In this document: positions 1 through 7,564 of the stretch, one piece after another | Numbering within the stretch: position 1 is the stretch's first letter | Layout of the letters: every line of letters begins with the position of its first letter | IMG/VR virus record: IMGVR_UViG_3300037188_000028 | Location: 1 to 25,613 of that record | From: a virus | Taxonomy: Duplodnaviria > Caudoviricetes | Direction: 5' to 3' (one strand) | Length of the DNA: 25,613 bases | Position numbers and translations under genes: made by a program | Notes under the pieces: generated by a model | Database searches by the model: none | Seen by the model: only the letters and a program-made list of their open reading frames with translations | Told to the model about the DNA's origin: nothing

Positions 1-1
1 G

Positions 2-1030
2 ATTTTCTTTCCCGAAGCGCGAGAATTCCTGCAGCCGGAATGGGGCGACAACTTCCAGATCGCGATGGACGCCCAGCCTGAACTGGTCACCACGCCCTCG
101 AGCGGCATCCCGGCGTTCCTGACCACCATCATCGATCCGCAGATCTTGCGCATCCGCCAGGCCAACAACAACGCGGCGCTCATCTTCGATGAAGTGAAAA
201 AAGGCACGTGGGTCACCGAGAGCGCGATCTTCCCCGTCGTCGAGCGCGGCGGCAACGTCACCAGCTACGGCGACTTCGAAAACGGCGGCGCGACCACCGC
301 GAACGCCAACTTCGAAACCCGCCAGCCCTATCTGTTCCAGACCGTCTGCATCTGGGGCGAGCTGCAGCTGGAGCGGGCCGGATTGGCCAAGATCTCCTGG
401 GCCGCCGAATTGCAGGGCGCGGCCGCCGACGTGCTCGGCAAATATGAGAACCTGATCTATTTCAAGGGCGTCGCCGGCCTGCAGAACTACGGCATCCAGA
501 CCGATCCGAACCTTCAGCCCGCGATCGCGCCGGCACCGAAGGCAAACGGAGGGTTCTCCTGGCTCTCGAATGGCATTACGCCGAACGCGACGCCGAACGA
601 AATCTTCGTGGACATCCAGACCGCGGTCAACCAGCTCATCAATCAGTCGAGCGGCAACGTCAACATCAAGAGCGAAATGGCGCTCGCGCTCTCTCCGTCA
701 CGGATGGGTGCGATCACCGCGACGAACTCGTTCGACGTCAATGTGCCGGACTTGATCGCCAAGAACTATCCAAACCTCAAGATGGTGGACGCCATCCAAT
801 ACGGCGCGATCACCGCACAAAATCCCCAAGGCGTCGGTACCGGCGAGATGATGCAGATCATCGCGTTGCGCCCCGGCAACCAGGATACTGGCTGGCTTGC
901 CTTCAACGAAAAGCTGCGCGCCCACCGCGTTGTCGCCGAAATGTCGAGCTTCAAGCAGAAGATGACGTCGGGTGCATATGGCGCAATCCTCCGCCAGTTG
1001 TTCGCCATCAGCACCATGATCGGCATCTGA
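2..1030 (+). CDS. Major capsid protein (DUF2184 / Bcep781-like HK97-fold), 5'-truncated by the window
   Basis: Frame is open from position 2 (IFFPEAREFLQPEW...AMDAQP), so the true start is probably upstream of ATG 65; motifs EVKKGTW, YGDFENGG, RQPYLFQT..WGELQL; followed by a terminator and head-tail genes. Confidence 0.85.
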   Translation: MFFPEAREFLQPEWGDNFQIAMDAQPELVTTPSSGIPAFLTTIIDPQILRIRQANNNAALIFDEVKKGTWVTESAIFPVVERGGNVTSYGDFENGGATTANANFETRQPYLFQTVCIWGELQLERAGLAKISWAAELQGAAADVLGKYENLIYFKGVAGLQNYGIQTDPNLQPAIAPAPKANGGFSWLSNGITPNATPNEIFVDIQTAVNQLINQSSGNVNIKSEMALALSPSRMGAITATNSFDVNVPDLIAKNYPNLKMVDAIQYGAITAQNPQGVGTGEMMQIIALRPGNQDTGWLAFNEKLRAHRVVAEMSSFKQKMTSGAYGAILRQLFAISTMIGI

Positions 1031-1065
1031 CCGACAGCTTCACGCTCCGGTTTGTTCTCAACGTC

Positions 1066-1087
1066 GCCGCCTTCGGGCGGCTTTTCT
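1066..1087 (+). terminator. Rho-independent terminator after the capsid gene
   Basis: GCCGCC-TTCG-GGCGGC stem with cUUCGg tetraloop followed by TTTTCT. Confidence 0.85.
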
Positions 1088-1103
1088 ATTGGAGAATTCC
1101 ACA

Positions 1104-1592
1104 ATGTCGCTTCAAGTCGCTCCTGCCACCGGTACCGAAACCGTCACCGTTGCCTGCAAGATTCCTCAGGGCTTCGACTGCATCATCCATGAGAAGCGCG
1201 AATTCTCTCAGGTAACGAAAGGCGGCGTGGCCGTCACCGAACAGTATTTTGCGACCGAGAAGGGCTTTAGATTGAGGGGGCCGGCGCACGGTCAAACCGA
1301 AGGCCCGCGCATTCTCACCGCGGCCGGCTTCGCCATCAATCGCGGCATCGACAAGATCCTGTGGGACACCTGGCGCGACCAATACAAGGACCATCCTGCG
1401 GTCAAGGGCGGCCTGATCTATTCCCTCGGCAGTTCCGACAAAACGATTGATGCTGCCAAGGATCGGCGCGGCCTCAAGACCGGCCTCGAGCGCCTCAACC
1501 CCCACGCCATGCCGACGCTTGATCCCAATTTCAAGGTCAAGACAGCGGACGAAAACCCGTCTCAGATCGGCATGGTCGAGGACGTCGATTAA
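1104..1592 (+). CDS. Conserved phage protein downstream of the capsid gene (probable head-associated protein)
   Basis: GGAG RBS at 1091-1094 favours ATG 1104 over TTG 1089; TVTVACKIP and KTGLERLNP motifs resemble the gene at this position in Bcep781-like phages. Confidence 0.7.
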   Translation: MSLQVAPATGTETVTVACKIPQGFDCIIHEKREFSQVTKGGVAVTEQYFATEKGFRLRGPAHGQTEGPRILTAAGFAINRGIDKILWDTWRDQYKDHPAVKGGLIYSLGSSDKTIDAAKDRRGLKTGLERLNPHAMPTLDPNFKVKTADENPSQIGMVEDVD

Positions 1593-1598
1593 CCTTCC

Positions 1599-2069
1599 AT
1601 GAACACTCAGGGCGGCGTCGTCACATTCAACTACCCGGTGTGGGCGGTGGAATACCCCGAATTCGCTTACGTGACGCAACCGCAGGCGCAGAGCTATTTC
1701 AACCGCGCCTGCCTGCTTTGCGACAACACGCCCTGCAGCCCCATTACGGATCTGTTTCAGCGCACCGTGCTGCTGAATATGGCCACGGCGCATGTCGCGG
1801 CGCTGTTCTCCGCACAGAATGGGCAGGCCCCGCGCGGGTTCGTCGGACGCATAAACAGCGCCTCCGAAGGCTCTGTCAGTGTTCAGGCGGCCTATACCGA
1901 GCCCACAAGCGATCTGCAGGCCTACTGGAATCAGACGCCCTACGGCGCGCAATATTGGGCTGCGACGCTGAAATACCGGACCGGCTTTTACGGGCCAGCC
2001 CCGCGCGGGATCAACGGCAATCCGGGATTTGGGTTTCCGGGCGCCGTCGGCTTTCGGGGGTTCCGCTGA
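1599..2069 (+). CDS. Head-tail adaptor (DUF4054 family)
   Basis: F...YPEF, TAHVAAL, VGRINSASEGSVSV, YWNQTPYGAQYW motifs; synteny. Confidence 0.88.
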   Translation: MNTQGGVVTFNYPVWAVEYPEFAYVTQPQAQSYFNRACLLCDNTPCSPITDLFQRTVLLNMATAHVAALFSAQNGQAPRGFVGRINSASEGSVSVQAAYTEPTSDLQAYWNQTPYGAQYWAATLKYRTGFYGPAPRGINGNPGFGFPGAVGFRGFR

Positions 2070-2272
2070 TGGTGCTCAAAGATTTGGGTCTTGAAATCAA
2101 GATGGATACTTCGGCGCTCAAGCGAGAAATCGACGGGCTTTCATTGGAGCAAGCCCGGCATCTGATGGACGATCTCGAAAACGGAACCGCCGTTGTCATT
2201 ATCGAGCACGAAAGGTCGGAAGACAATTCGCTGATCTTGTCGGCGCGACTGGCGAGCGGATATGTGGACTGA
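2069..2272 (+). CDS. Hypothetical protein, 67 aa (MVLKDLGLEIKMD...LASGYVD)
   Basis: TGATG coupling with both neighbours; fills the gap exactly; 3' part of track ORF 1640..2272. Confidence 0.7.
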   Translation: MVLKDLGLEIKMDTSALKREIDGLSLEQARHLMDDLENGTAVVIIEHERSEDNSLILSARLASGYVD

Positions 2273-2808
2273 TGACCGCGATCAAGGGCGGCGAGAAGCT
2301 CGCGGCTGCACTCGCTGCCATCTCGGCAAAAGCTTCGAGAGCGGCCACGCTTTCCGTCGGCTTTCTTGAAGGTGCAACCGAGCCCGACGGCACCTCAATC
2401 CCTATGATTGCCGCCATCCAGGAATTTGGCGCGCCGAAGGTCAACATCCCGCCGCGGCCGTTCTTCCGCAACATGATCTCCGCCAAAAGCGGGGACTGGC
2501 CGGAAGCTGTCGGCGATCTGCTCAAAGCCAACGATTACGACGTCGAAAAAACGCTCGGACAGGTCGGCGAAGGCATCAAGGGTCAGCTGCAGCAATCGAT
2601 CATCGATACCATGGAGCCAGCGTTAAGCCCGGTCACCATCATGCTGCGCGGCATGAAATCGAACGATCAAAGCCTGGTCGTCAACCGAACTGTGGTCGAG
2701 GAAGCCCGCGCGCGCGTTGCGGCCGGCCTCACCAATTACGGCGCATCGGAAAAACCTTTAATCGACAGCGGCAACCTGCTGAACGCGGTCGATTATACCG
2801 TCGAATAA
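2272..2808 (+). CDS. Neck / tail-completion (virion morphogenesis) protein
   Basis: VGFLEGATEPDG, AAIQEFG, IPPRPFFR, KPLIDSGNLLNAV motifs; synteny. Confidence 0.8.
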   Translation: MTAIKGGEKLAAALAAISAKASRAATLSVGFLEGATEPDGTSIPMIAAIQEFGAPKVNIPPRPFFRNMISAKSGDWPEAVGDLLKANDYDVEKTLGQVGEGIKGQLQQSIIDTMEPALSPVTIMLRGMKSNDQSLVVNRTVVEEARARVAAGLTNYGASEKPLIDSGNLLNAVDYTVE

Positions 2809-2830
2809 TTCCAGCCAAGGACATTGCATC

Positions 2831-3337
2831 ATGAGCGGCAACACACCTCTTTGGAGCCACACCAAGGGCGGCCTCAATTTCCCGATCACGCCGCCCAGCA
2901 ATAACGGAGCGACGCCGGGCACGCTCGACAATACCAATGTCGGCGCGACCACGCCGGGCACGGTGGACGCGACCGTAATCGGCGGCAACACGCCGCCCAA
3001 CACGACCGTGTCTCAGCTTCATGTCGATACCGGCACCAAGACTGCAACCGCGGTTACCGGCGCGGCGACGCTGAACAAGATGGCTGGCGTCATCACCTCG
3101 GAAGCGCTTACCACGGCCGCCGGCGCTGACTACACGCTGACCTTGACCAATTCCGATATCGCGGCTGCCGATCAGGTCATGGCCAGCGTGCAGTATGGTA
3201 CCGCGACCACCGGCACGCCGGCTGTTGCGATGGTCGACCCGTCGGCGGGATCACTCAAAATCATCGTGCAGAACATCCATGCCAGCGCGGCGCTGAATGG
3301 GACCATCCTGATCAGCTTCGTGGTGTTCAAGAACTGA
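2831..3337 (+). CDS. Putative virion accessory/decoration protein
   Basis: AAGGA RBS; Thr/Gly/Ala-rich; duplicated GTLD/GTVD..GATTP/GGNTP motif and beta-rich C-terminal domain. Confidence 0.6.
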   Translation: MSGNTPLWSHTKGGLNFPITPPSNNGATPGTLDNTNVGATTPGTVDATVIGGNTPPNTTVSQLHVDTGTKTATAVTGAATLNKMAGVITSEALTTAAGADYTLTLTNSDIAAADQVMASVQYGTATTGTPAVAMVDPSAGSLKIIVQNIHASAALNGTILISFVVFKN

Positions 3338-3341
3338 TCCG

Positions 3342-3746
3342 ATGAACCTGCACGCGCTGGTGGCGTCTGCGATCGGGACGGTTAATCCGTTCGTTCCGGC
3401 GAGCGTGCAGGTCAGCTCCGGCTACACCACCAACGCCGATTTTTCGCGGACGCCGAATTACACCACGCTGGCGATCAGCGCCCAGGTGCAGGCACTGACC
3501 TATCAGGACCTCACGCACCTGGACGGCCTGAACATTCAGGGTGTCCGCCGCGCGATCTATACCAACGGCTCGATCATGGGCTTGGTGCGGATCGACGCCA
3601 AGGGCGGCGACGTCGTCACCTTTGCGCCCGGCCTTCTGCCTGAAGGCGATACCTGGCTTTGCGCGCACGTGCTCGAGCAATGGTCGGACGGCGGCAACGG
3701 CGCGTCGTGGTGCAAAATCTGTATCACCTTGCAGAACGGTTCATGA
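3342..3746 (+). CDS. Head-closure / head-tail joining protein
   Basis: MNLHALVASAIGTVNP, QVQAL, DGLNIQG, GGD, WL..HVLEQW, WC motifs typical of the Bcep781-like head-closure gene; synteny. Confidence 0.75.
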   Translation: MNLHALVASAIGTVNPFVPASVQVSSGYTTNADFSRTPNYTTLAISAQVQALTYQDLTHLDGLNIQGVRRAIYTNGSIMGLVRIDAKGGDVVTFAPGLLPEGDTWLCAHVLEQWSDGGNGASWCKICITLQNGS

Positions 3747-3747
3747 C

Positions 3748-4458
3748 ATGACGAAGCGAATGGTTAAGCTGGCATTTGCGCTTGCCGGCGCGATGGCGGC
3801 TGGCGCTGCGATTGCCGCAGGGCTATCGACCGGCAACGAGTTCTCTACGGCGACACCGGGAAAGACCGTCGTCGGCTTCGTCGAGATGGTCTGGAACGCA
3901 TCGCTCGGCTACGCGCAGCCTGCTTCTTCCGCCAATCCACTTCCGGTGACGCCGGGCGCACCATCGGCGGGCACTTACGTTGGGAACGTTGGCAGTTTTG
4001 ATATCGCCGTTCCCGTCACGCCAACCATTCAGAATGCCTCCTATGTATCGGGCAATGCGGTTGGGGCGCTCCAGACCGTCGCGGTATTTCGTACAGTAGC
4101 GCAGCCGTCCGGCATTCTAAATAACGTGGCCTTGGCATGGAAGGGAACGGAGACAACACCGCTCACGTTCTTTGTATTCGATACCAACCCGACTGGATCC
4201 ACTTGCACCGACAAATCGGCATTCAGCCTCGCTGCGGTGGATATCCCCAAACTGGCACTCCCTCCGTTCACGCTGACCGCCGCCGCTCCATCAGTCGGAA
4301 CTACGACAACGTCCGTGAACTCGTCTTTTACTCCATTAAGCATCAAGAACCAGGACGGCACCGCTTCGGTCAACCTCTATGTCTGCACTGTTTCCGGCGG
4401 AACGTTTACGCCCGCCATTGGCGATCTGAATTATAAAATCAGCGTGGCGCAGGACTGA
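3748..4458 (+). CDS. Hypothetical exported beta-rich protein with Sec-type signal peptide, 236 aa
   Basis: ATG 3748 two nt after upstream stop; N-terminus MTKRMVK-LAFALAGAMAAGA-AIA; two Cys in the mature part. Confidence 0.7.
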   Translation: MTKRMVKLAFALAGAMAAGAAIAAGLSTGNEFSTATPGKTVVGFVEMVWNASLGYAQPASSANPLPVTPGAPSAGTYVGNVGSFDIAVPVTPTIQNASYVSGNAVGALQTVAVFRTVAQPSGILNNVALAWKGTETTPLTFFVFDTNPTGSTCTDKSAFSLAAVDIPKLALPPFTLTAAAPSVGTTTTSVNSSFTPLSIKNQDGTASVNLYVCTVSGGTFTPAIGDLNYKISVAQD

Positions 4459-4652
4459 TGCGACGCCGGGACTTCCTTACAGGGTCAGCGGCGCTGGCAG
4501 CTTTTGCGCGTATGCGGGAAGCGGAGGCACTGGTCGGGCCACGTCGCGCTCTCCTTGGGGGAGCGGGCAAGCCGCCGACGCCTCCGGTCACCCCGGATTT
4601 GGATTTTAGTAAGGCAACGAACTCGCAATACCTCATTCTAGGGATGATCTGA
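4458..4652 (+). CDS. Small protein with twin-arginine (Tat) signal peptide, 64 aa
   Basis: TGATG coupling; MRRRDFL motif, weak h-region TGSAALAAFA, AEA cleavage motif. Confidence 0.7.
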   Translation: MRRRDFLTGSAALAAFARMREAEALVGPRRALLGGAGKPPTPPVTPDLDFSKATNSQYLILGMI

Positions 4653-4653
4653 T

Positions 4654-5352
4654 ATGCCGGGCGCAGTAGGAATCAACGTCATCAAGGATGGCAACGGTAC
4701 CGCAATCGTCGGCGGTGTCAGGATGTTCGACATCAGCGGCACTGGGGCCGGCCCTTGGGTGCCAATGTCGATGCTGACCGACGCATCGGGCAATCAGCTT
4801 ATCGGCCAAAAGACGATGGCCCTGTCGCTGCCGGTGGCTATCGCTAGCGACCAGGGATCGGTCCCGACCACAGCCAAAAGCGTCCTGTGGAATACCGGCA
4901 CCAGCAATAACGGCCTGATCGCAAGCCTGCTTACGCTTGAATCGACCGAACTGAACGCGCTGACCAATACGTCGATCGCGCTGTCGTCGGTTGGTGGTTC
5001 ATCGGGACTGTTCACCAACGCCAATACGGGTGCTGCGATCTATGGCGAGATGTCGCTGACGCTCGGCGCCATCGGTTCGGCGCTTTCCGCCGGGGCGAAT
5101 ATCGCCGGTTGGTTCATCCGTTCGCTGGACAGCGGTTCGACCTTTGAACAAAGCAGCGCCGCGCCGCCGCGCGCGCCAGACTTCATCATTCCACTGCCGG
5201 CCACAACCATCTCGGCTGCGGCGCAGTTTGCGTCCGGTACCATTCGGCTGCCGTCCGTCCAATTCAAGGTGCTGTTGCAGAACAACACCGGGCAAACGCT
5301 TGCCGCGACATCCAACACGCTGAAGCTCGCTCCCATCGCGCAGTTGGATTGA
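4654..5352 (+). CDS. Hypothetical phage protein (probable virion accessory protein)
   Basis: 232-aa ORF with phage-like codon usage; GQKTMALSLPVAIASDQ motif; beta-rich C-terminal domain. Confidence 0.7.
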   Translation: MPGAVGINVIKDGNGTAIVGGVRMFDISGTGAGPWVPMSMLTDASGNQLIGQKTMALSLPVAIASDQGSVPTTAKSVLWNTGTSNNGLIASLLTLESTELNALTNTSIALSSVGGSSGLFTNANTGAAIYGEMSLTLGAIGSALSAGANIAGWFIRSLDSGSTFEQSSAAPPRAPDFIIPLPATTISAAAQFASGTIRLPSVQFKVLLQNNTGQTLAATSNTLKLAPIAQLD

Positions 5353-5356
5353 GCCC

Positions 5357-5824
5357 ATGGCATATTACAGTGCGCTGATCTCGGCGTGGAACGCGGGTAC
5401 TGTCCCCTCCGGGGCCGCTGGCACGGCGCTGACGGGATTATCGACGGCCGCAAAATTGGCGGCCATCAATGGATGGACGATCTCGGGCACAGCCCCAGCC
5501 ACGTTCTTCCTGACCGGCGCGCAGCTTATCAACTGCATCAACTATGCCGAGTTCAAGGCGCTGACCGCGACGCAGCAAGCTAACTTGCTTGCGATGTGTA
5601 ATTGCCCCAGCCTGATCGGTGGAAGCGCGCAGACCGCGCAGATGGCGGCAGGCATGGTACTAGATTACTTCACCAATCATGCAGGACCGACAGTCACGAC
5701 CCTGACCGCGCTGGCGCAGGCCGTGGTGCAGCCATGGTGGCAGGTATCGGTGGCCAACGGCGGCGGCGCGTTGAATGGCCCGGTTGATCAGAATGACCTC
5801 ACGGCAGCGGGCGGGTTGACCTGA
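5357..5824 (+). CDS. Hypothetical phage protein
   Basis: 155-aa Ala-rich ORF, tightly packed, TGATG-coupled to next gene. Confidence 0.7.
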   Translation: MAYYSALISAWNAGTVPSGAAGTALTGLSTAAKLAAINGWTISGTAPATFFLTGAQLINCINYAEFKALTATQQANLLAMCNCPSLIGGSAQTAQMAAGMVLDYFTNHAGPTVTTLTALAQAVVQPWWQVSVANGGGALNGPVDQNDLTAAGGLT

Positions 5825-6573
5825 TGTTGCGGAGCAATCTTCTCGCGTTTCCGGCGGGTATGCAGCCGGGCTTTGATCCGAGTCATGTCGCGGCGCAGGG
5901 AATTAGCACGGGCAACGGATTTTCCGGCATATCAACATCGAATGGCTTCATTAGTTTGCTGACTGGTTTGCCTGGGTCTGATGGGGGCGTTCAAACCAGA
6001 AAACTGGATGGAATCATAGGTCGGGCGAGCAATTATGTGAGTGGCGGATATTCGAATTTCGCCGGCCAATCTTCTGCCGCTCCATCGTCGAGCGGAACAA
6101 TCGCGGGGGTTTTTCGAGTTAATGCACTCAGTAGCATCGGCGTCATATTTTCTTCCACAGGAGCAGGTTCTGGCGGGTATTCGTTGGGGTACAATACGAC
6201 GACGGGCAATCCTTATGTTTTTGCTCAAGGTGCAGGGCAAGCTATTTCAGGACTCGCGATGGCGGCGGGAATACCCTACTTTTTGGCAGCCTCTTTTTCG
6301 CTATCCAAAACAAACTTCGTTTTGGTTAGCCTCAATAATGGTGCCACTCTGACAGATACGCAGGGTACATTTGGCACAGCAGCCGCTTCGCAGAGCGGCA
6401 CCTATGAAGTCGGAGGCAACTCAAATGGCGGGCGTTCGCCAAATGCTATAATTGCCGCTCTAATGTATGCGCCGGGACCGTTGTTGTCTGGCTCACAGCT
6501 TCTCCAGTGGGCGTCCGATCCGTGGTCGTTCTGGTATCCGAAAGAAAAGGATAGTGCACCATGGGCAGCATAA
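5824..6573 (+). CDS. Putative concanavalin A-like / LamG lectin-fold protein
   Basis: Alternating beta-strand pattern rich in G/S/aromatics, ending [12 protein letters not shown]; visibly more AT-rich codons; fold assignment tentative. Confidence 0.5.
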   Translation: MLRSNLLAFPAGMQPGFDPSHVAAQGISTGNGFSGISTSNGFISLLTGLPGSDGGVQTRKLDGIIGRASNYVSGGYSNFAGQSSAAPSSSGTIAGVFRVNALSSIGVIFSSTGAGSGGYSLGYNTTTGNPYVFAQGAGQAISGLAMAAGIPYFLAASFSLSKTNFVLVSLNNGATLTDTQGTFGTAAASQSGTYEVGGNSNGGRSPNAIIAALMYAPGPLLSGSQLLQWASDPWSFWYPKEKDSAPWAA

Positions 6574-6698
6574 GCATCTCACACTGGATCATCGTTGTTG
6601 CCGTCGTAACGCTTCTGTTTGGTCGCAACAAGGTCAGCAGGCTGATGGGCGACGTTGCCAAGGGCATCAAAGACTTCCGCCAAGGGATCTCCGACTAA
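6561..6698 (+). CDS. tatA: Twin-arginine translocase subunit TatA/TatE family, 45 aa (not in ORF track)
   Basis: Translated by hand: [45 protein letters not shown]; TM helix, FG hinge, amphipathic helix with conserved Phe; AAGGA RBS upstream; resembles alphaproteobacterial TatA. Confidence 0.92.
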   Translation: MGSISISHWIIVVAVVTLLFGRNKVSRLMGDVAKGIKDFRQGISD

Positions 6699-6764
6699 TC
6701 CCCGCTCCCTCAGGGACAGTCAAACAGATACAGCCCTAAATTCTAACAATCAGCGAAGCATCCA

Positions 6765-7493
6765 ATGCCCACTGTTTCGCTGACCGATAGCGCCGTTTTC
6801 AAGGCTTTGGGCGGCTTCCTGGTCAATGTGCTTCCGCCTCAGTGCGAGGTTCTGCAGGCGCAAGATAACCGCGTCCCGGAGCCGTCGGCGGCCGACTTCG
6901 TCACTATGACGATGCTGCGCCGGCCGCGACTGGCCACCAATGTCGACACCCCGGCCGATGCCAAGTTCGCCGGCTCGATCGCCGGAACCGTGATGACGAT
7001 TACGGAAGTCGTTTCCGGCATTATGAATATCGGCGCCACCGTGTTCGGCGTCGGCGTGGCGGCGAACACCACGGTGCTGGTGCAATTGACCGGATCGCCA
7101 CCAGGCGGGGTCGGCACCTACACCATCTCGCCATCGCAGACCTTGGCCGGACCGGTCACGCTCTCGGCCGGTCAGATCGAGATCGAGCAATCGACGGAAG
7201 TCGTCACGCAACTGGACGTGCACGGCCCCAACAGCGCCGACAACACGCAAATCATCTCGACGCTGTTTCGGGATGGCTACGCCGTGCATCAGATGAAGGG
7301 CTCTGGCGTATCTCCGCTCTATTGCGACGAACCGCGGCAAGCGCCGTTTTTCGACGGCGAGCAACAGTATGAGCAGCGCTGGATTGTCGACGTGCATATG
7401 CAGATCGATCCCAGCATCAGCGTTCCCATCGAATTCGCCGATAGCGCCGACATCACCGTCATCAGCGTGACCGAGGCATTCCCGCCGACCTGA
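6765..7493 (+). CDS. Tail terminator / neck protein with an inserted beta module
   Basis: QAQDNRVPEP, RLATN, QLDVHG, PLYCDEP, EQQYEQRW motifs; directly upstream of sheath. Confidence 0.75.
   Translation: MPTVSLTDSAVFKALGGFLVNVLPPQCEVLQAQDNRVPEPSAADFVTMTMLRRPRLATNVDTPADAKFAGSIAGTVMTITEVVSGIMNIGATVFGVGVAANTTVLVQLTGSPPGGVGTYTISPSQTLAGPVTLSAGQIEIEQSTEVVTQLDVHGPNSADNTQIISTLFRDGYAVHQMKGSGVSPLYCDEPRQAPFFDGEQQYEQRWIVDVHMQIDPSISVPIEFADSADITVISVTEAFPPT
6960..7172 (+). repeat. Copy 1 of ~70-aa beta module (FxGSIAGTxLTVT...GGxGTY) in the tail terminator
   Basis: AKFAGSIAGTVMTITEVVSG...GGVGTYTISPSQTL aligns by eye with copies in sheath and baseplate J. Confidence 0.8.
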
Positions 7494-7564
7494 GCGCCAT
7501 TCGCCGCGCTTCCCGCCTTCAGCTTTCGAATTTCCTTCCCCTCTTTTCCGAGGATGAAACCCTT

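Noticed and set aside
1086-1952. Long - strand ORFs (also 6750..7397, 8396..9187, 12343..13143, 13188..13940 and others)
   Set aside because: Shadow ORFs expected in GC-rich coding DNA; no motifs; fully overlap recognisable + strand genes
3541-3747. Upstream starts in the track for 3541, 12070, 13967, 16947, 22267 and 24712
   Set aside because: They overlap upstream genes or lack an RBS; downstream ATGs (3748, 12220, 14015, 17016, 22288, 24841) fit coupling or RBS better
6467-6739. 90-aa + strand ORF in the track
   Set aside because: Arg/His-rich off-frame reading overlapping the real tatA frame (6561..6698)
7494-7564. Pyrimidine-rich gap before the sheath gene as a terminator
   Set aside because: No convincing stem before the T-rich tract
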